A stretch of 64,000 bases of DNA from Octopus sinensis (GCF_006345805.1 NC_043006.1:79050001-79114000), one strand, 5' to 3'. Positions 38,591 to 52,452 are shown, numbered from the stretch's first letter. Translations and numbers: made by a program. The notes: generated from the letters alone by a model not told the origin.

Positions 38591-41500
38591 GGAAGGAGTA
38601 AACTCTTCCTCACTACATGGAAATCGTAGTAGCACGCAAAACAATATTGAAACAAGTGCGGCGAAGAATCTAACAAAAATGGAGTAAGTAGTGGGAAAGA
38701 AACGGCAGCTAAAGAACTGGTTAACATCTCATTGGAGAACAAAATAGAAAAACTAAACAAGGCAGCAAAATATATGAAAATGAATGGAAGGGGGGCAGAA
38801 CTAACGCCTCCAGGTGACGTGCTCGAAGCAACAGCCAAACGGACAGTTGTCTACAGGTGCGTGAACATAAAGACAAGGAAACTCGAAACTGCTAAACACG
38901 ACCAGGTGGGAAAAGCCTTGAAAGATATATGGCAGGATGTCCACCACATTGCGAGGGCAAGGCAGTATGGCGGGGGTAGAGGTCCTTTTTAAGACCGAGG
39001 AACGGGCGATACAGAACTCGGTGACCACGCGTCGCACCGAAGAAATCGCCCTCTTCCCAACGTGCATGGGAAGGGCAGTAAGAATTATGGCACCTGGAGT
39101 CCCACCCAGCTTGGATTTATGGTGGATTCTTGCCTGTATTTGTACGGACGGCGGGGAGAATCTTCCGGGTGTTAAAAGATCGAGGAGGGAGAATTGGGTT
39201 GGGACTACCTTGGAGTTTCTTCTCCGCGTGAAGCGGGAGTAGTTAGAGAAAGTCCCAAACCTGATTTCCTCTCGAATAGAGTAGAACTAAGGGTGAACGC
39301 AGAAAGCAAAGGTGCCACGATTGTGGTCCACAATCGGTTTCTCTGCCCACTTAGGGTTTCCCTGCCCACAGAACAAGAACAGAAGGGCAGAAAGAAATGT
39401 CCAGTCGAAGGCACCACATCCTATGAGTCGACAAAAACAACAAGAACAACAACACAAAGGCAGGGGAATAGAAACAGAAATTGAACCCAAGGCGACAAAA
39501 CAGGTAGGTGTTACAATAAAGGTGGCAGTGGGAGTAGCACCAGCAACAAAGGCGGAAGCAACAACAGCAGGAGCAACAACAACAACGATGGCTACTACTA
39601 CTACAAGAGAACCAGAACAAACTACGCCAGAAGAAAACATACAAGACACGGATTCCTTCACAAATCCAAGCGATAATGAGGGGGAAGCCCAAAAAGCAAA
39701 AATGAACAAGAAAGAGACACAGAAAAAAGGGAGCAATCCAAGAAACGGCATACACAGACACACTGGTGACAACACTACTAATACCACAATCACCAACACC
39801 ATCACAAACACCCAATAACAGAATCAAAAACAGAATAAAACTTTAAAAAGAAAAATGTCACTACAACAACAACCATCTGCACAGCAGCGGAACTTCGTGT
39901 TAGTGAGGAGGGCCAATGGAAAGCACAAAACGAGAACATTGAAACAGAGGGGGTGATCTGCAGCCCCAACACTTTTAGAGTACCGGAGAGCCTAATGATG
40001 GTGTGAATGACATTACAGACTTATACGAGCATTAAGCGGAGCTACCCGTATGACATTGGATCTCCCATTGTAACGGCCGGCAGATTACTTTTTAGGGGGT
40101 TTCCAGAGGAACCCAACAAAACGGACAGGGTGGGAGAACCACTCGATTCTTAAAGTAGGTTGTATAAATGTACGTGGCCTGGGGTCGTCGTGGAAGCAAG
40201 GACTCTTGCGCAATGACCTCAAGTGGCCATGTCTGGATGCTACAGCCGTCAGTGAGACCAGGATCGCGGACACACGGGCCTTGGCTCCCATTTTCGAAAT
40301 TTTTGCATCTCTTAGTCGACCGGGAATAGGGAGTGGGGTGACAGTATTGTTCAGAAAAGGCCTGGATCTCGAGATACGGTCGGTCTTCCTGAACCCGGAA
40401 GGCAAGTCGGTTGACTGGTTGCAGTGTACGTACCGACTGGAAGGGGGCAGCTGAAGTTTTTCAGACGCCTGGAGGCCTTTCTAAGGACGTCTCGCTCTTT
40501 AGTGTTAGCGGGCGGTTGGGACGCCATTTTGGATGCACGTGTGGATTGGGTGGGGCTAGCAGATAGGAAAGTGGGCGCGCAAGCCTCGCAAAACTGCTCA
40601 ATCGTTTCCAGCTGGTAGACATGTTCAGACTGGTTTTCCTAAACACTCCAGTGTGGACATGGGCAAACAGTGTCGAGTCATCCAGATCTTAGCTAGATAG
40701 AGTATTTTGTAGGCCAGCAGAATGGGAGAATGCCCGTATATGTGAGCCGAGATGTGGTGATGCTACTTAGAAAGTATCAGAACAAGGGGGACATTGTTGA
40801 TAACTTTAGACCGTTAAGTCTGCTAAATATAGATTACAAAATTTTGGCTAAGGTGTCAGCAAAGAGGTTGGCGCTTGTCGTTGACAGACTGGTACTATCC
40901 CCAGCAGAACAATACACGACAACCTCCACCTCACATGATACATTATAGAGAGGGTTGGCAAAGTACCTGACATGAGTGGAACCGTGATCCATTTGGATCA
41001 ATTGAAAGTATTTGATAGGGTCGACCACCTGTTCTTGGAGGCTGTCCTCAAGGCGGCTGGTTTCGGTCCCGTTTTCAGAGGCTGGATTACTGCAATGTAC
41101 AGCGACATTTGTTCGGTGGTCAAAGTACATTGCCACCTCTCGGAATCGTTTAGTATCGTACGTTCGGTCTGTGAAGGATGTCCACTCTCACCCTTTCTCT
41201 ACGTACTGGCACTCGAGCCATTACTGTGGAAGCTGGAGGTTTCGAGGTGCATCCCGCGTTAACTGAAATGCGGAAAGGTCGTGTCGGCCTATGCGGATGA
41301 CGTCACCGTGATAGTGTCGGACATCTCGGAAATCGAGATGGTCGGCACTACCCTAAGCGAATACGAAGCGGTGACAGGAGCAATGCTCAAACAGGAGACG
41401 TCAGTGGGCTTGCAGCTCGAAACCTGGAGAGACAGGCTCATGCCAACTGATGGTGTGGTGCGGTGTTGGACAGAAGGACTTGCTAAATTGCTCGGGATCT

Positions 41501-42500
41501 TGTTCGGCTCCGGACCTCCAAGCGGAGAAGAACTGGGTCGACGTGACCAACAGGTGGCCAGTATCACCCAGAAATAGGCCGAGAGGAAGCTATCCCTCAA
41601 AAATCGGGCGGAGGTGGCGAATTTTTCATATACTACCACCACCTGACTGTGATCTCTTGCCCCGCTTCATGGCCGAACGGGCTGGTGCGTTTACTCTTCA
41701 GCTTCCCGTGGAAGGGACAGGTACCGCTTGTCAGACGGTCCATTTGCTGTCAGCACCTGTTGCGTGGAGTACAGAGCATGAGGATGCGCAGACATGTGCT
41801 AGAGTACATGTGCGTGGAGTACAGAGCTGAGGATGCGCAGACATGTGCTGAGGCTGCAACATCTTCAACGAAATCTTAACGGTGAACAGTGTCGTCACCG
41901 TTTGTTGAACACGCTTTTCCGCAGCTCGTCCCGAGACAGGACGTTTGGCACCTTGAGTGTCTCCAAGCACTCACAGCCATCGGCCACTCAGGTAGTGCGG
42001 TCGATGGAAGTTCTACCTTAGAGTTCTATAGGGGATTAGTGGAGAGCAAGAGCGACACGTACTCGGAGAGATCCTGGGCATCGAGGACGATCAACTGGCT
42101 GTTCTCTTCTGGAGGACTTTCGAGCCGGGAACTATGGATAACGTCCAGAAATCCCTGAACTGACAGTGCTACTGGGGGCGCTGCCGGTTCGAGATAAGCT
42201 CTACAGGCACAGGTGTAGTCAGTCGCGCTAATCCGAGATGCACGCGGAGCGATGAAACCGTTCTTCATGCTCTCGTACAGTGCCCGCGCATTGCTGACTT
42301 GTGGAGCTTTGTTGAACATTTATTGTCATGTGTAGGACGGATCCGGCTATAGTCCCTCTTTTGGCCGGGAGAAGAGGGCAATTTTTCTCTGTCTTGTGGA
42401 TATGGCAAAAGAGGTAGTGTGGTGGACGCGATTGAAAGGGCTGAAGACGGATACCTTCTTCTTTGGCTAAGACCTCATTGACTTTTTCAGGTCCACGTGA
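38590..42500 (+). mobile_element. near full-length, decayed Tx1/L1-like LINE (ORF1 plus EN-RT ORF2)
   Basis: ORF1-like TVVYRCVNIKTRKLETAK and GVEVLFKTEERA..GVPP; EN LKVGCINVRGL and AVSETRI; RT FRPLSLLNIDYKILAK, LDQLKVFDRVDH, GCPLSPFLY, AYADDV; zf-RVT LPVRDKLYRH..CTRSDETVLHALVQCP. Confidence 0.88.
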
Positions 42501-43703
42501 GTCCAAATATTTGAATGTATGCTGAGAGAATGTCTTAGCCCGTTTGCCTTCAGAGGTTGATTTCTGTATTATCAGTGTATTTTGGCTATTTAAAGTTTTG
42601 ACTGTTATTTCCAGCAGGTAGACATACTCAGTATGTCCTTTGATTAATTTTATTCCTTCAGTTATCTAATGTGCCTTTTGGGCCTGCACTGGCTATATTA
42701 TTGATTCTGTTATTATCGTTCTTAATTGTTACACTAGATAATAATATAGTCAACGATATCTTCGCAAAAAGTTTTCCTCCTTAATTATTTGCACACACAC
42801 ACACACACACAGGTGCAGACTCACACATTAACACATTCCTTCCCTCATTGTTTTTTTCTAAGTCTTGCTAACTGGGAGCTGAATATACTTCTCTGAGGAG
42901 CACTAAGACGATCGGAACATCTAGTACCTTCACCATTTAATTTTAAAGGCAAGATCTATTCTTATGTTCATCTTTCTTAGACAAAATTATCGGGTGATTG
43001 GTATATTGGACTTATTTCCCTTGGCTATTGGGATGTTTTTAAAGCTTTGAAAGTCACCTGGAATGGATTGTTCCTTACTAACTGCACGGATAATTTGTTA
43101 ATCGAGATTTTACTTAGATTTCTTTTCCAACTCACCATATTTTATCTGTGAGAATTTACAGTTGTTTTGTTCTTTTTTTTTTTGTTTATTTTTTGTATCG
43201 TTTCCGTTGATGTTTTCTTTTCAACTGTCGATATTCCACATTTCACGTGAGCTCCTATAAGTATGCTGAACGATCGCCTGGGATACATTCCCATCACCCA
43301 GTTGCTGGCAACTCGTGTTATAGATTCACATCCCAGCAGGAAAATAAACCTTTTTTAAAAAAATGCCATTTCTTTCTTCTATTTTTTTTTTTGTCATAAA
43401 TAACCTCTATTGTTTACAACATGGCCTCACTATTCACTGACACAAAACTTTATTCGACCGACTTTGTTTGCTTTCATGCATTGTATATATTCTTTTGTTC
43501 GGGTTTGTTTGTCTACTGGGCGGTCGGTTGGTTGGTCGGTTGGGCATTCGTTGGATGGGAGATAGCCCTCTCTTGAAATTATTTTTATGTTGTATATGTG
43601 AGTGTATGTGTGTGCACGCGCGTACGTACGTGTACTCTCTTCTGTCTTTATCTTTCTTTTTCTTCCTCCCTTCTCTTCCTAGTCTTTCCTGGATTTTCTC
43701 TAA

Positions 43704-43736
43704 TATCTGAAGAAGGCCTGTGTCCGAAACGTAATA
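43704..43736 (+). ncRNA. minimal type I hammerhead motif with intact core
   Basis: TAT-CTGAAGA-A-GG-cctgtgt-CC-GAAAC-GTA-ATA; in pyrimidine-rich PLE-type terminal repeat. Confidence 0.6.
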
Positions 43737-43841
43737 CTCTCCACTCTTCCTCTCTTGTTTGAGCGTCAAACTAATAATATTGACTATAAATGTCTCTCCA
43801 ACTATTTTGCCTTTAGTTCTCAATAAACTTTTTTGCTCTTG

Positions 43842-43877
<36 letters not shown>

Positions 43878-44117
43878 ATCTCTATCTCTCTATCAATTTA
43901 TCTTTCCATCTGTCTATTTATTTATCTATCTTTGTGTGTATATATATTGTAAATGTGTACATATACCAAATATATGTATATATGTATGTATGCATGCTTG
44001 TATGACTTTATGCTTTTGTCCGTTTGTTTTTGTATGTGTGCCGCATGAATTCGGATATTCTGCCCAGGTGTCGAAACCACAATCATATCCGTTAGGCCGC
44101 TGATGATGGATATATAC

Positions 44118-44154
<37 letters not shown>

Positions 44155-44399
44155 GTGTGTATAGGTTGGAGTTTGTTAAAGGCTTCGCGATTTCTTGGTT
44201 TACGGTAATGTTTTTTTATAATATACCACTCATTGATATTGCGGTATTGTCCTTCCTATCCTAAGGATTCTAGTTCTTAGTTAAATGCTTCTATTTCATG
44301 CAGGTTTTGCTGCATAATACACATAAAATTGATTTAGGAACACGAATATTTACTTATATAGACCAGATTGTATAAATATTTGTATGTACCACAGTATAT

Positions 44400-44818
44400 T
44401 ACTTATTTCTTTATTGCCCACAAGGGGCTAAACACACAAGGGACAAACAAGGACAGACAAACGGATTAAGTCGATTACATCGACCCCAATGCATAAATGG
44501 TACTTAATTCATTGACCCCGAAGGGATAAAAAGGAAAGTCGACCTCACGGAATTTGAACTCAGAACGTAACGGCAGACGAAATACCTATTTCTTTATTAC
44601 CCACAAGGGGCTAAACATAGAGGGGACAAACAAGGACAGGCAATGGCATTAAGTCGATTACATCGACCCCAGTGCGTAAATGGTACTTAATTCATCGACC
44701 ACGAAGGGATAAAAAGGAAAGTCGACCTCGCCGGAATTTGAACTCAGAACGTAACGGCAGACGAAATACCGCTAAGAATTTCGCCCGGTGCGCTAACATT
44801 TCTGCCAGTTCGCTGCCT
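44400..44818 (-). mobile_element. SINE family A dimer
   Basis: Two body units joined at gacgaaatac|ctatttc (about 44585), one head. Confidence 0.9.
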
Positions 44819-44859
44819 TATATTACTGATACTTCTTTTGCGGAATCTGGCTTCTTTAT

Positions 44860-45530
44860 TTTTTACTGGCTTCAGTCATTGGACTGCAGCCATTTGGGGC
44901 GCCGCCATGAAGAGTCTTTTAGTCGAATGAATAGTCCCCGATACGTATTTCTTTGCTAAGCCTGGTACTTATTTTATCCGTCTTTTTTGTCGAACCGCTA
45001 AGTTACGGAGAGGTAAATACACCAACACCTGTTGCCAAACGGTGGTGGGGACAAACAGACACAAACGTACAAACACACACGCTCGCGCGCGCGCATATCC
45101 TCATAGAAAGCAAAGTTAAATGCGTTGACCGCTGAAAACACTAAATAAAATTCAGTCCCGCAGTGTGGCACCTTGGGCAAGTGTCTTCTACTATAGCCTC
45201 CAGGCTGACCAAAATCTTGTGAGTGGATTTGGTAGATGGAAATTGAAAGAAGCCCGTCGTATATATGTATATATATATGTGTGTGTGTGTGTGTTGTGTG
45301 TGTGTGTGTGTGTATGTATGTTTGTGTGTCTGTGTTTGTCCCCCCAACATCGCTTGACAACCGATGCTGGTTTGTTTAGGTCCCCGTAACTTAGCGGTTC
45401 GGGAAAAGAGACCGATAGAATAAGTACTAGGCTTACAAAGAATAAGTCCTGGGATCGATTTGCTCGACTAAAGGCCGTGCTCCAGTATGGCCACAGTCAA
45501 GTGACTGAAACAAGTAAACGAGTAAACGAG
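44860..45530. mobile_element. two SINE family B copies in opposite orientation
   Basis: 3' part on minus strand 44860-45070; near full copy on plus strand 45150-45530. Confidence 0.85.
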
Positions 45531-46108
45531 TAGAATATTTCAGATTTTTCGTATCATTTCAATTAATTTTACCATTCTACCTGCACTTATTTTCCGAAAA
45601 TGGAATGGGGGTAGCCGAGTTGGTAGTGCATTGGCTCCTGTTTCTAACAATCCCTTTACTGTCTATTTCATGGGTATGCTTTTTTTCTACAGATAGGGCA
45701 TACCTACATAAGAGTGCCCCACCGAATTTCATAACTTTAGGGAAAATGGATATTTTAAAATAAAATTTTCCACAATTATGTTTCTAATGGTATACATTCC
45801 AACTATATCGGAATTTGTAGTGAAAACCATTTTTTCACTCCCATCAAAGCCGAAACCTTTGAATTTTCCGAAACTAATTTTTCGATTAGTGAGGTAAAAT
45901 TTGGTGATATATTGTAAATAGATGTGAAAAATTATGTTATATAATATTGAAATAACATTTAACAAATTTTATTGTAAGGAAAATGGGGATTATGATAAAT
46001 GCCAATATGTGCCTGATGTTCCAATATGTGCCTCAGAGTAATCCCATAACTCGCCTTATTTGAGCACCCGCACAGACCGGGCCGAAGGATGGGGGGCCCG
46101 CTAGTACA

Positions 46109-46175
<67 letters not shown>

Positions 46176-46264
46176 ATATATATATATATTATTGAAGTAG
46201 ATAAATGAATTATCTTATTACGGATAATTCAATGATAACCGATACTGGGTAGCAAAAAGGTGAT

Positions 46265-46529
46265 CACGTGACCGACCAGACCATCAGATGTTGCTACACA
46301 CCGTTGGTCACAATACATTCGCATTGTTTTAGCTTTCGAATGACGCCACCCTGCTGGCTAAGCGAGCAGGCCAACAGAAGAAAGAGTGAGAGAAAGAGTG
46401 GTGAAAGAGTACAGCCTCGTGGAGCTTTTAGGTGTTTTCGCTCAATAAACACTCACAACGCCCGGTCTGGGAATCGAAACTGCGATCCTACTACCGCGAG
46501 TCCGCTGCCCTAACCACTGGGCCATTGCG
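46265..46529 (-). mobile_element. SINE family C with alternative 3' module, abutting assembly gap
   Basis: Head ..ccctaaccactgggccattgcg ends at the N run; tail differs from the 8290 and 37942 copies. Confidence 0.85.
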
Positions 46530-46629
46530 NNNNNNNNNNNNNNNNNNNNNNNNNNNNNNNNNNNNNNNNNNNNNNNNNNNNNNNNNNNNNNNNNNNNNNN
46601 NNNNNNNNNNNNNNNNNNNNNNNNNNNNN
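46530..46629. other. assembly gap (100 N)
   Basis: Directly visible. Confidence 1.
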
Positions 46630-46699
46630 GATTTATTGACTAATCCCCTCTCCCCCAAATTACTGCGCTTTGCAAAATTTGAAACCATTATTATTTATG

Positions 46700-47274
46700 A
46701 ATGAGAGAGCGGTGCATGCCATCAAAGTGACACTGGGATAAAATATACGAAGCCCAGTATACTCATCATGACTACCCATTTGATAAGGGTACACTAGGCA
46801 CATGCATCACAACCATATGTGCGTGACATGGTGAGCTCATATCAAGATAAACAGCACATGACCTTGCAGGTGGGGCCCGGTTAGAATTTTCTTCTGATCG
46901 AGTAGCATATCCCACTCAAAAGGTCTCTGAATAAGGATTGTTTAAGGATGTTGAACGATCCACCTATGTTTCCAGAAGTGAATTATCCAACCCTCCAAGA
47001 ATTCCTTTCAACACACAGCTATGATGCTCCCCCACTACTTCTGCTCATGATCAGAGATGCTCATATCGTCAACCACTAAGGGACATGGTCAACTGGTTAA
47101 GATCAAACAACTGACAAGCAAATCTATGGTATTGAGCAGAATATTTGCTGTGGCCCATCTTTTATACCAAGACAAAACAATGTACATGATAACACTTCCA
47201 ATCAGTTAAGATCAGAAGCCATGAGAGTCACTGTCTGGTACTGCATCAGCATTATTATATTATTATTATTATTA

Positions 47275-47323
<49 letters not shown>

Positions 47324-47460
47324 GAGTGAGAGTGCAGTGCATACCATTAAAGTGACACTGGGGTAAAATATACGAAGCCCAGTATACCCATCATAACTAC
47401 TCATCTGATAAGGGTACACTAGGCACATGCATCACAACCATATGTGCGCGACATGGTGAT

Positions 47461-47465
<5 letters not shown>
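46700..47465 (-). mobile_element. repeat family D (~550 bp, (AAT)n tail) plus duplicated 3' end
   Basis: 46700-47250 full copy; 47323-47465 repeats its 3' ~140 bp; fragment at 12562. Confidence 0.75.
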
Positions 47466-47520
<55 letters not shown>

Positions 47521-47524
47521 GATT

Positions 47525-47730
47525 TAAGGCGGCGAGCTGGCAGAATCATTAGCACATTGGATGTAATGCTTAGCGGTATTTCACCCGTCGCTACGTTCTG
47601 AGTTCAAATTCCGCTGAGGAAGACATTGCATCCTTCAGGGTCGATAAAATAAGTACCAGTTATGCACTGGAGTTGATGTAAACAACTGGTCCCCTTCCCT
47701 AAATTTCCAGGCCTTGTGTCTATTCCAGAC
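47525..47730 (+). mobile_element. SINE family A
   Basis: aaggcggcgagctggcagaatcattagc head. Confidence 0.88.
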
Positions 47731-47838
47731 CTTGTTGAAAAGATTATTATTATTGAAGATACTAGTTAAATACAATCGACCAAACCTTTTCCACTAAAAT
47801 TGCTAGCCACGGGCCTAAATTTTAAACAATTATTATTA

Positions 47839-47885
<47 letters not shown>

Positions 47886-48282
47886 ATTCATATTGTTATA
47901 AGTATTGTAGTTAGTAAAGCAGTAGAGCTGCAGATTAACAACCTTGCGATCTGTGTTCAAATACTGTTGTTCGAAACTTTGCGTTTCGTTCTTCCGAGGT
48001 CTGACAATAAGACCGATTTGTTGTTTTATGTCAGTCCTTAACGAGTAGAGCTATATTTCAAAGGTATTCCAGTTGTGGCTATCCAGTCTCTATATGAGCA
48101 TCTAGTACTACATTACCCAGTGTGTTCAATTTTTCAAAACAGCAGAGTGTTCTCTGAGGGATACTTTTGGCTGCTATTTCTATCCCGTTGAGAGACGACG
48201 GTTGATATAATTGCTCCTTACTTTCCCTAAAATGTTTGGCATTGTGCCTTTGCTAGAAATCCTTATTTTTGTGGTGAAGAAT

Positions 48283-48805
48283 TCGGCGAGCTGGCAGAAT
48301 TGTTAGCACGCCGGGCGAAATGCTTAGCGGTATTTCGTCTGCGGTTACGTTCTGAGTTCAAATTCCGCCGATGTCGACTTTGCCTTTCATCCTTTCGTGG
48401 TCGATTAAATAAGTACCAGTTACGCTCTGGGGGTCGATATAATCAACTTAATCTGTGTGTCTGTTCTTGTTCGTCCCCTCTGTGTTTAGCTCCTTGTGGG
48501 TAGTAAAGAAATAGGTATTCCGTCTGCCGTTACGTTCTGAGTTTAAATTCCGCGGAGATCGAGTTTGCCATTCATTCTTTCGGGGTCGATAAATTATGTA
48601 CCAGTTCTGTACTGGGGTCGATGTAATCGACTTCACCCCCTCCCTCCCACCAAATTCCGCCGAGGTCGATTTTGCCTTTCATCCTTTCGGGGTAGATAAA
48701 TTAAGTACTAGTTACGCACTGGGGTTGATGTAATCGACTTAATCCCTTTGTCTGTCCTTGTTTGTCCCCGCTGTGTTTAGCCCCTTGTGGGCAATAAAGA
48801 AATAA
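48283..48805 (+). mobile_element. SINE family A multimer
   Basis: Head 48283; junction gaaatag|gtattccgtc at about 48515; further unit to 48805. Confidence 0.88.
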
Positions 48806-49415
48806 GAATTGTTACAGCAAAGGGGAAAATGTCATGCAGTATGTGCTCAAATCCACTGAGGTCATCTTTGAGTTTTATCCTTTCGGAGGCGGATAAAATA
48901 GAGTACCCGTCAAGTACTAGGTACGAGGGTTTGACTTACCCACTCCACTCAAAATTGCTACCATTCTGTGTAAATCAGCAACAGATATATATACTGTTGT
49001 GCCGCATCATGGCTCATCGTTTTGTGAAGTTCAATCTCTGACTCTAAAGTATAAAGCTGCCTATTACTATGATACTGGAAAATTTCCCGTGGTTCCCTTC
49101 TGCATGAAGAACATGCACCGAAGAGAGCGGCCGTCTGAGGACCGACGCAACAAGGAATCTCTCTTCTAAGGAATGGTATTTCGTTATCGTCTGCTACCTT
49201 GCGTTACAGGTGGCAACTCCTGGGGTTTTTTTGGTGGAGGGGCGGTTGTATCTTCTATATTTTGCATACCTATGTGGAGAAAGTTGACCTAACCAAAAAG
49301 AAGAATATATACATACACATACAATATATGTGTATGTGTGTGTGTATGTATGTATTATGCATGTACGTACGTACGTATGTATTTATATGTATGTAAGAAT
49401 GCAACATACATATTT

Positions 49416-49447
<32 letters not shown>

Positions 49448-49483
49448 ATATATATTATTATATATTATATATATATATTATAT

Positions 49484-50012
49484 ATATTGTTATATTTCGG
49501 AATGGTCATTTTGCCAGTTTAGCCAATAAAAACACACGCAATATATTTGGTGTTACTTTGCTTCAGTGTTATTTATTTTTTACATTAATCTTAATCTTAT
49601 TTCGGCCAGAGTTCTTTCGTCACACTCCTGTGACCGCATCAGTGGTCCTTGTTTGTTTTCTTCTTACTTATTTGTGTCTCTCCTTACTAACTGTCAGCCA
49701 TTTTGTATTTCTTGTATGTCTTCATTTGCGCATGCTTATATAGATATATAAGCATGCGCAAATGAAGACATACAATAGAAATACAAAATGGCTGACGGTT
49801 AGTAAGGAGAGACACAAATAAGTAAGAAGAAGAAAAAAACAAAGGACCACTGATGCGGTCACAGGAGTGTGACGAAAGAACTCTGGCCGAAATAAGATTA
49901 AGATTAATGTAAAAAAAAATAAATAACATGAAGCAAAGTAACACCAAATATATATTGCGTGTGTTTTTATTGGCTAAACTGGCAAAATGACCATTCCGAA
50001 ATATAACAATAT
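49484..50012. repeat. ~530-bp imperfect palindrome (arms 49484-49742 and 49745-50012)
   Basis: Arms pair end to end around a 2-nt centre, with few substitutions and small indels; same family at about 62790-63010. Confidence 0.95.
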
Positions 50013-50075
50013 CTGTTTCAACACACGACTTCACGTAAAAAATCTTGCACAACAAATATTTAAACGTATATATTA

Positions 50076-50147
<72 letters not shown>

Positions 50148-50229
50148 AAGAGAATGCAAGCATATATATAATATATATATATATAAAGAATGCAACATAT
50201 ATATATATATATATAATATATAAAGAATG

Positions 50230-50295
<66 letters not shown>

Positions 50296-52079
50296 ATATA
50301 TATATGTTACATTCTTTCGTGAAGATTAAGAAACTACAAGCTCTAACTTATTTCTATGTTATCTTGTCACTTCCCCTTTGGAAGGCTTCGCATTTTTTTC
50401 ATTCATTGTAGGCAGCGGAATACCCTGTTTTAATAACTACTAGTTTAGTGTGTTGTTGATTTCATTTACTTTGTTAATTACTTTTATAAACTTTCTTTTT
50501 ATTTATACATACCGTCTTACCCCGCCAAGTTGGCGACATGCATTGTAGTTGAATTTAATAGTTTATAATAGATTATAATATACAACTCATTCGCCAGAAT
50601 GACTGTCTTCTTTTTTGCTCACGGCACGAAAAATTTATTCCACTGTGTGAACTTCCGCGAATATTTTCCCGAGAACAATTTTTGGGGGATGATAGTTTTA
50701 ATTTTGTTATCCCTTAGTCAGAAGTGAGATTAAGGAGAGAGAAACTCAAATCAGAGTCCGGGCCCGAATGCTTGCAATAATGTCGACTCCGCTATAGACA
50801 TCTTAGAACCAGGTAGTGGTATTAAACCGAGCGACGGACAAAGTCTAGCATCCAAATATGTCACAGAGTTATTCGAATTAAGAGTGCAAAGAACCGAAAC
50901 AAACACCACAAGGCGCGTCTCATCCGACGCTCAAACAGTTTTGCCAGTTAAATGCCCTGGACCAGTACTTTATTTATCGACCCCCAGAAGGATGAAAGGA
51001 AAAGTTAACTTCCGCGAGATTTGAACTTAAAATGCAAGAAACCAATATAAATACTGCAAGGTATCTTATCCGGTACTCTAATGACACTGTCAATTCGTCC
51101 CCTTAAACCAGGGACGAATTGGCAGAGTCACCACCACCGTCCCTACCTGACCCTTTAGCCGAGTTTCCATCTATACTGTTGAAAGTATTTGGTTCAGATA
51201 TCTTACTTCCTGAAGATTACTCAATATGTTGGATTTCGCTGCATCCTCCACCACATTCCCTGTTAAAAAAAGACATGGGTCTCCCCTTCGTCGTCCAGTT
51301 AAAGCCATAAAATTAATAACCGGAAACAAACGGGTATTGGTTGCCGAAGTACAAATGTCCGAAACGTCGACATCTACCGCTCTGGTCAAATCAACTCACT
51401 TTTATCATTTTTCTACGAACTTTCGTAAAATTAAATTGACAAGAAATTCCGTTCTCTTCCTCAACGGTGATCAAATCTCGGTCAGGGATCTCGGAAACGG
51501 AAATAGAGATCCCCTCAAATTCTAATATGTCCCCTATAAGGTTACGGAAAGTCGCTTACGTCTTCTTAGTTTATTTTCTGGTGATAGCAGTGATTGGAGA
51601 GACTCACTTCTCTTTCTAACTATGTCTTATAATTATTTCTTGGGCAGTGGGTAGCAGCGGTTCGTATCGAGTCACAGTAAATTCTCTGCAGAAGGTGAAG
51701 GAGAAGAATAAGGTTGAAGAATAGTGGCAGTGGCTGTTATGGTGATGTTTATCCCCAGATAGCCTTCATTGTGCTGCTGAGTTTTTTAAATGCTCAAAGA
51801 CATTTCAACAATGAACGCCTCCACGTTTTATTTTAAGATCAAGTATTTGTAACTACATTATGACGTAAGGCAGCATTTCCAAGCGTTCAGTGACCTCGAC
51901 ACCTTATCTCCCTATATTTTAGGTATAGAACACCCTTATCATCATTCTTCATAAATTATTTAATTTAAAAACTTATGACTTCCTAGGGCAACGTTTCACA
52001 GTTGGGGTACCCCAAAACCACAAGATTTCGCGAAGGATTCTGCAAGAAATAAGGATACGCACACACAAACACACACACA

Positions 52080-52123
<44 letters not shown>

Positions 52124-52168
52124 GCACACACACACACACACACCACACACATATATATATATATATAT

Positions 52169-52204
<36 letters not shown>

Positions 52205-52452
52205 ATATATATATATATATATAATATGAGGGAATATTATTCCAAACTTACAGGGAAAATTCAATTTAAAAATAATCAAATTTCACAAAATAAATATATA
52301 TATAAATTAGAAAAAACCCACCTTTTATCAATTCAACAATGAAGAATTTAAATTATACCATTTAGAAAATTACTTCTTAATATAAGATAATTCATATAAC
52401 AATGATTAAGTAAAGTGCAAAATAATAAATAAAACGTATATATTTGGTAGAA

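Noticed and set aside
39312-39827. Overlapping ORFs as an independent gene
   Set aside because: Low-complexity ACA-rich linker inside the Tx1-like element
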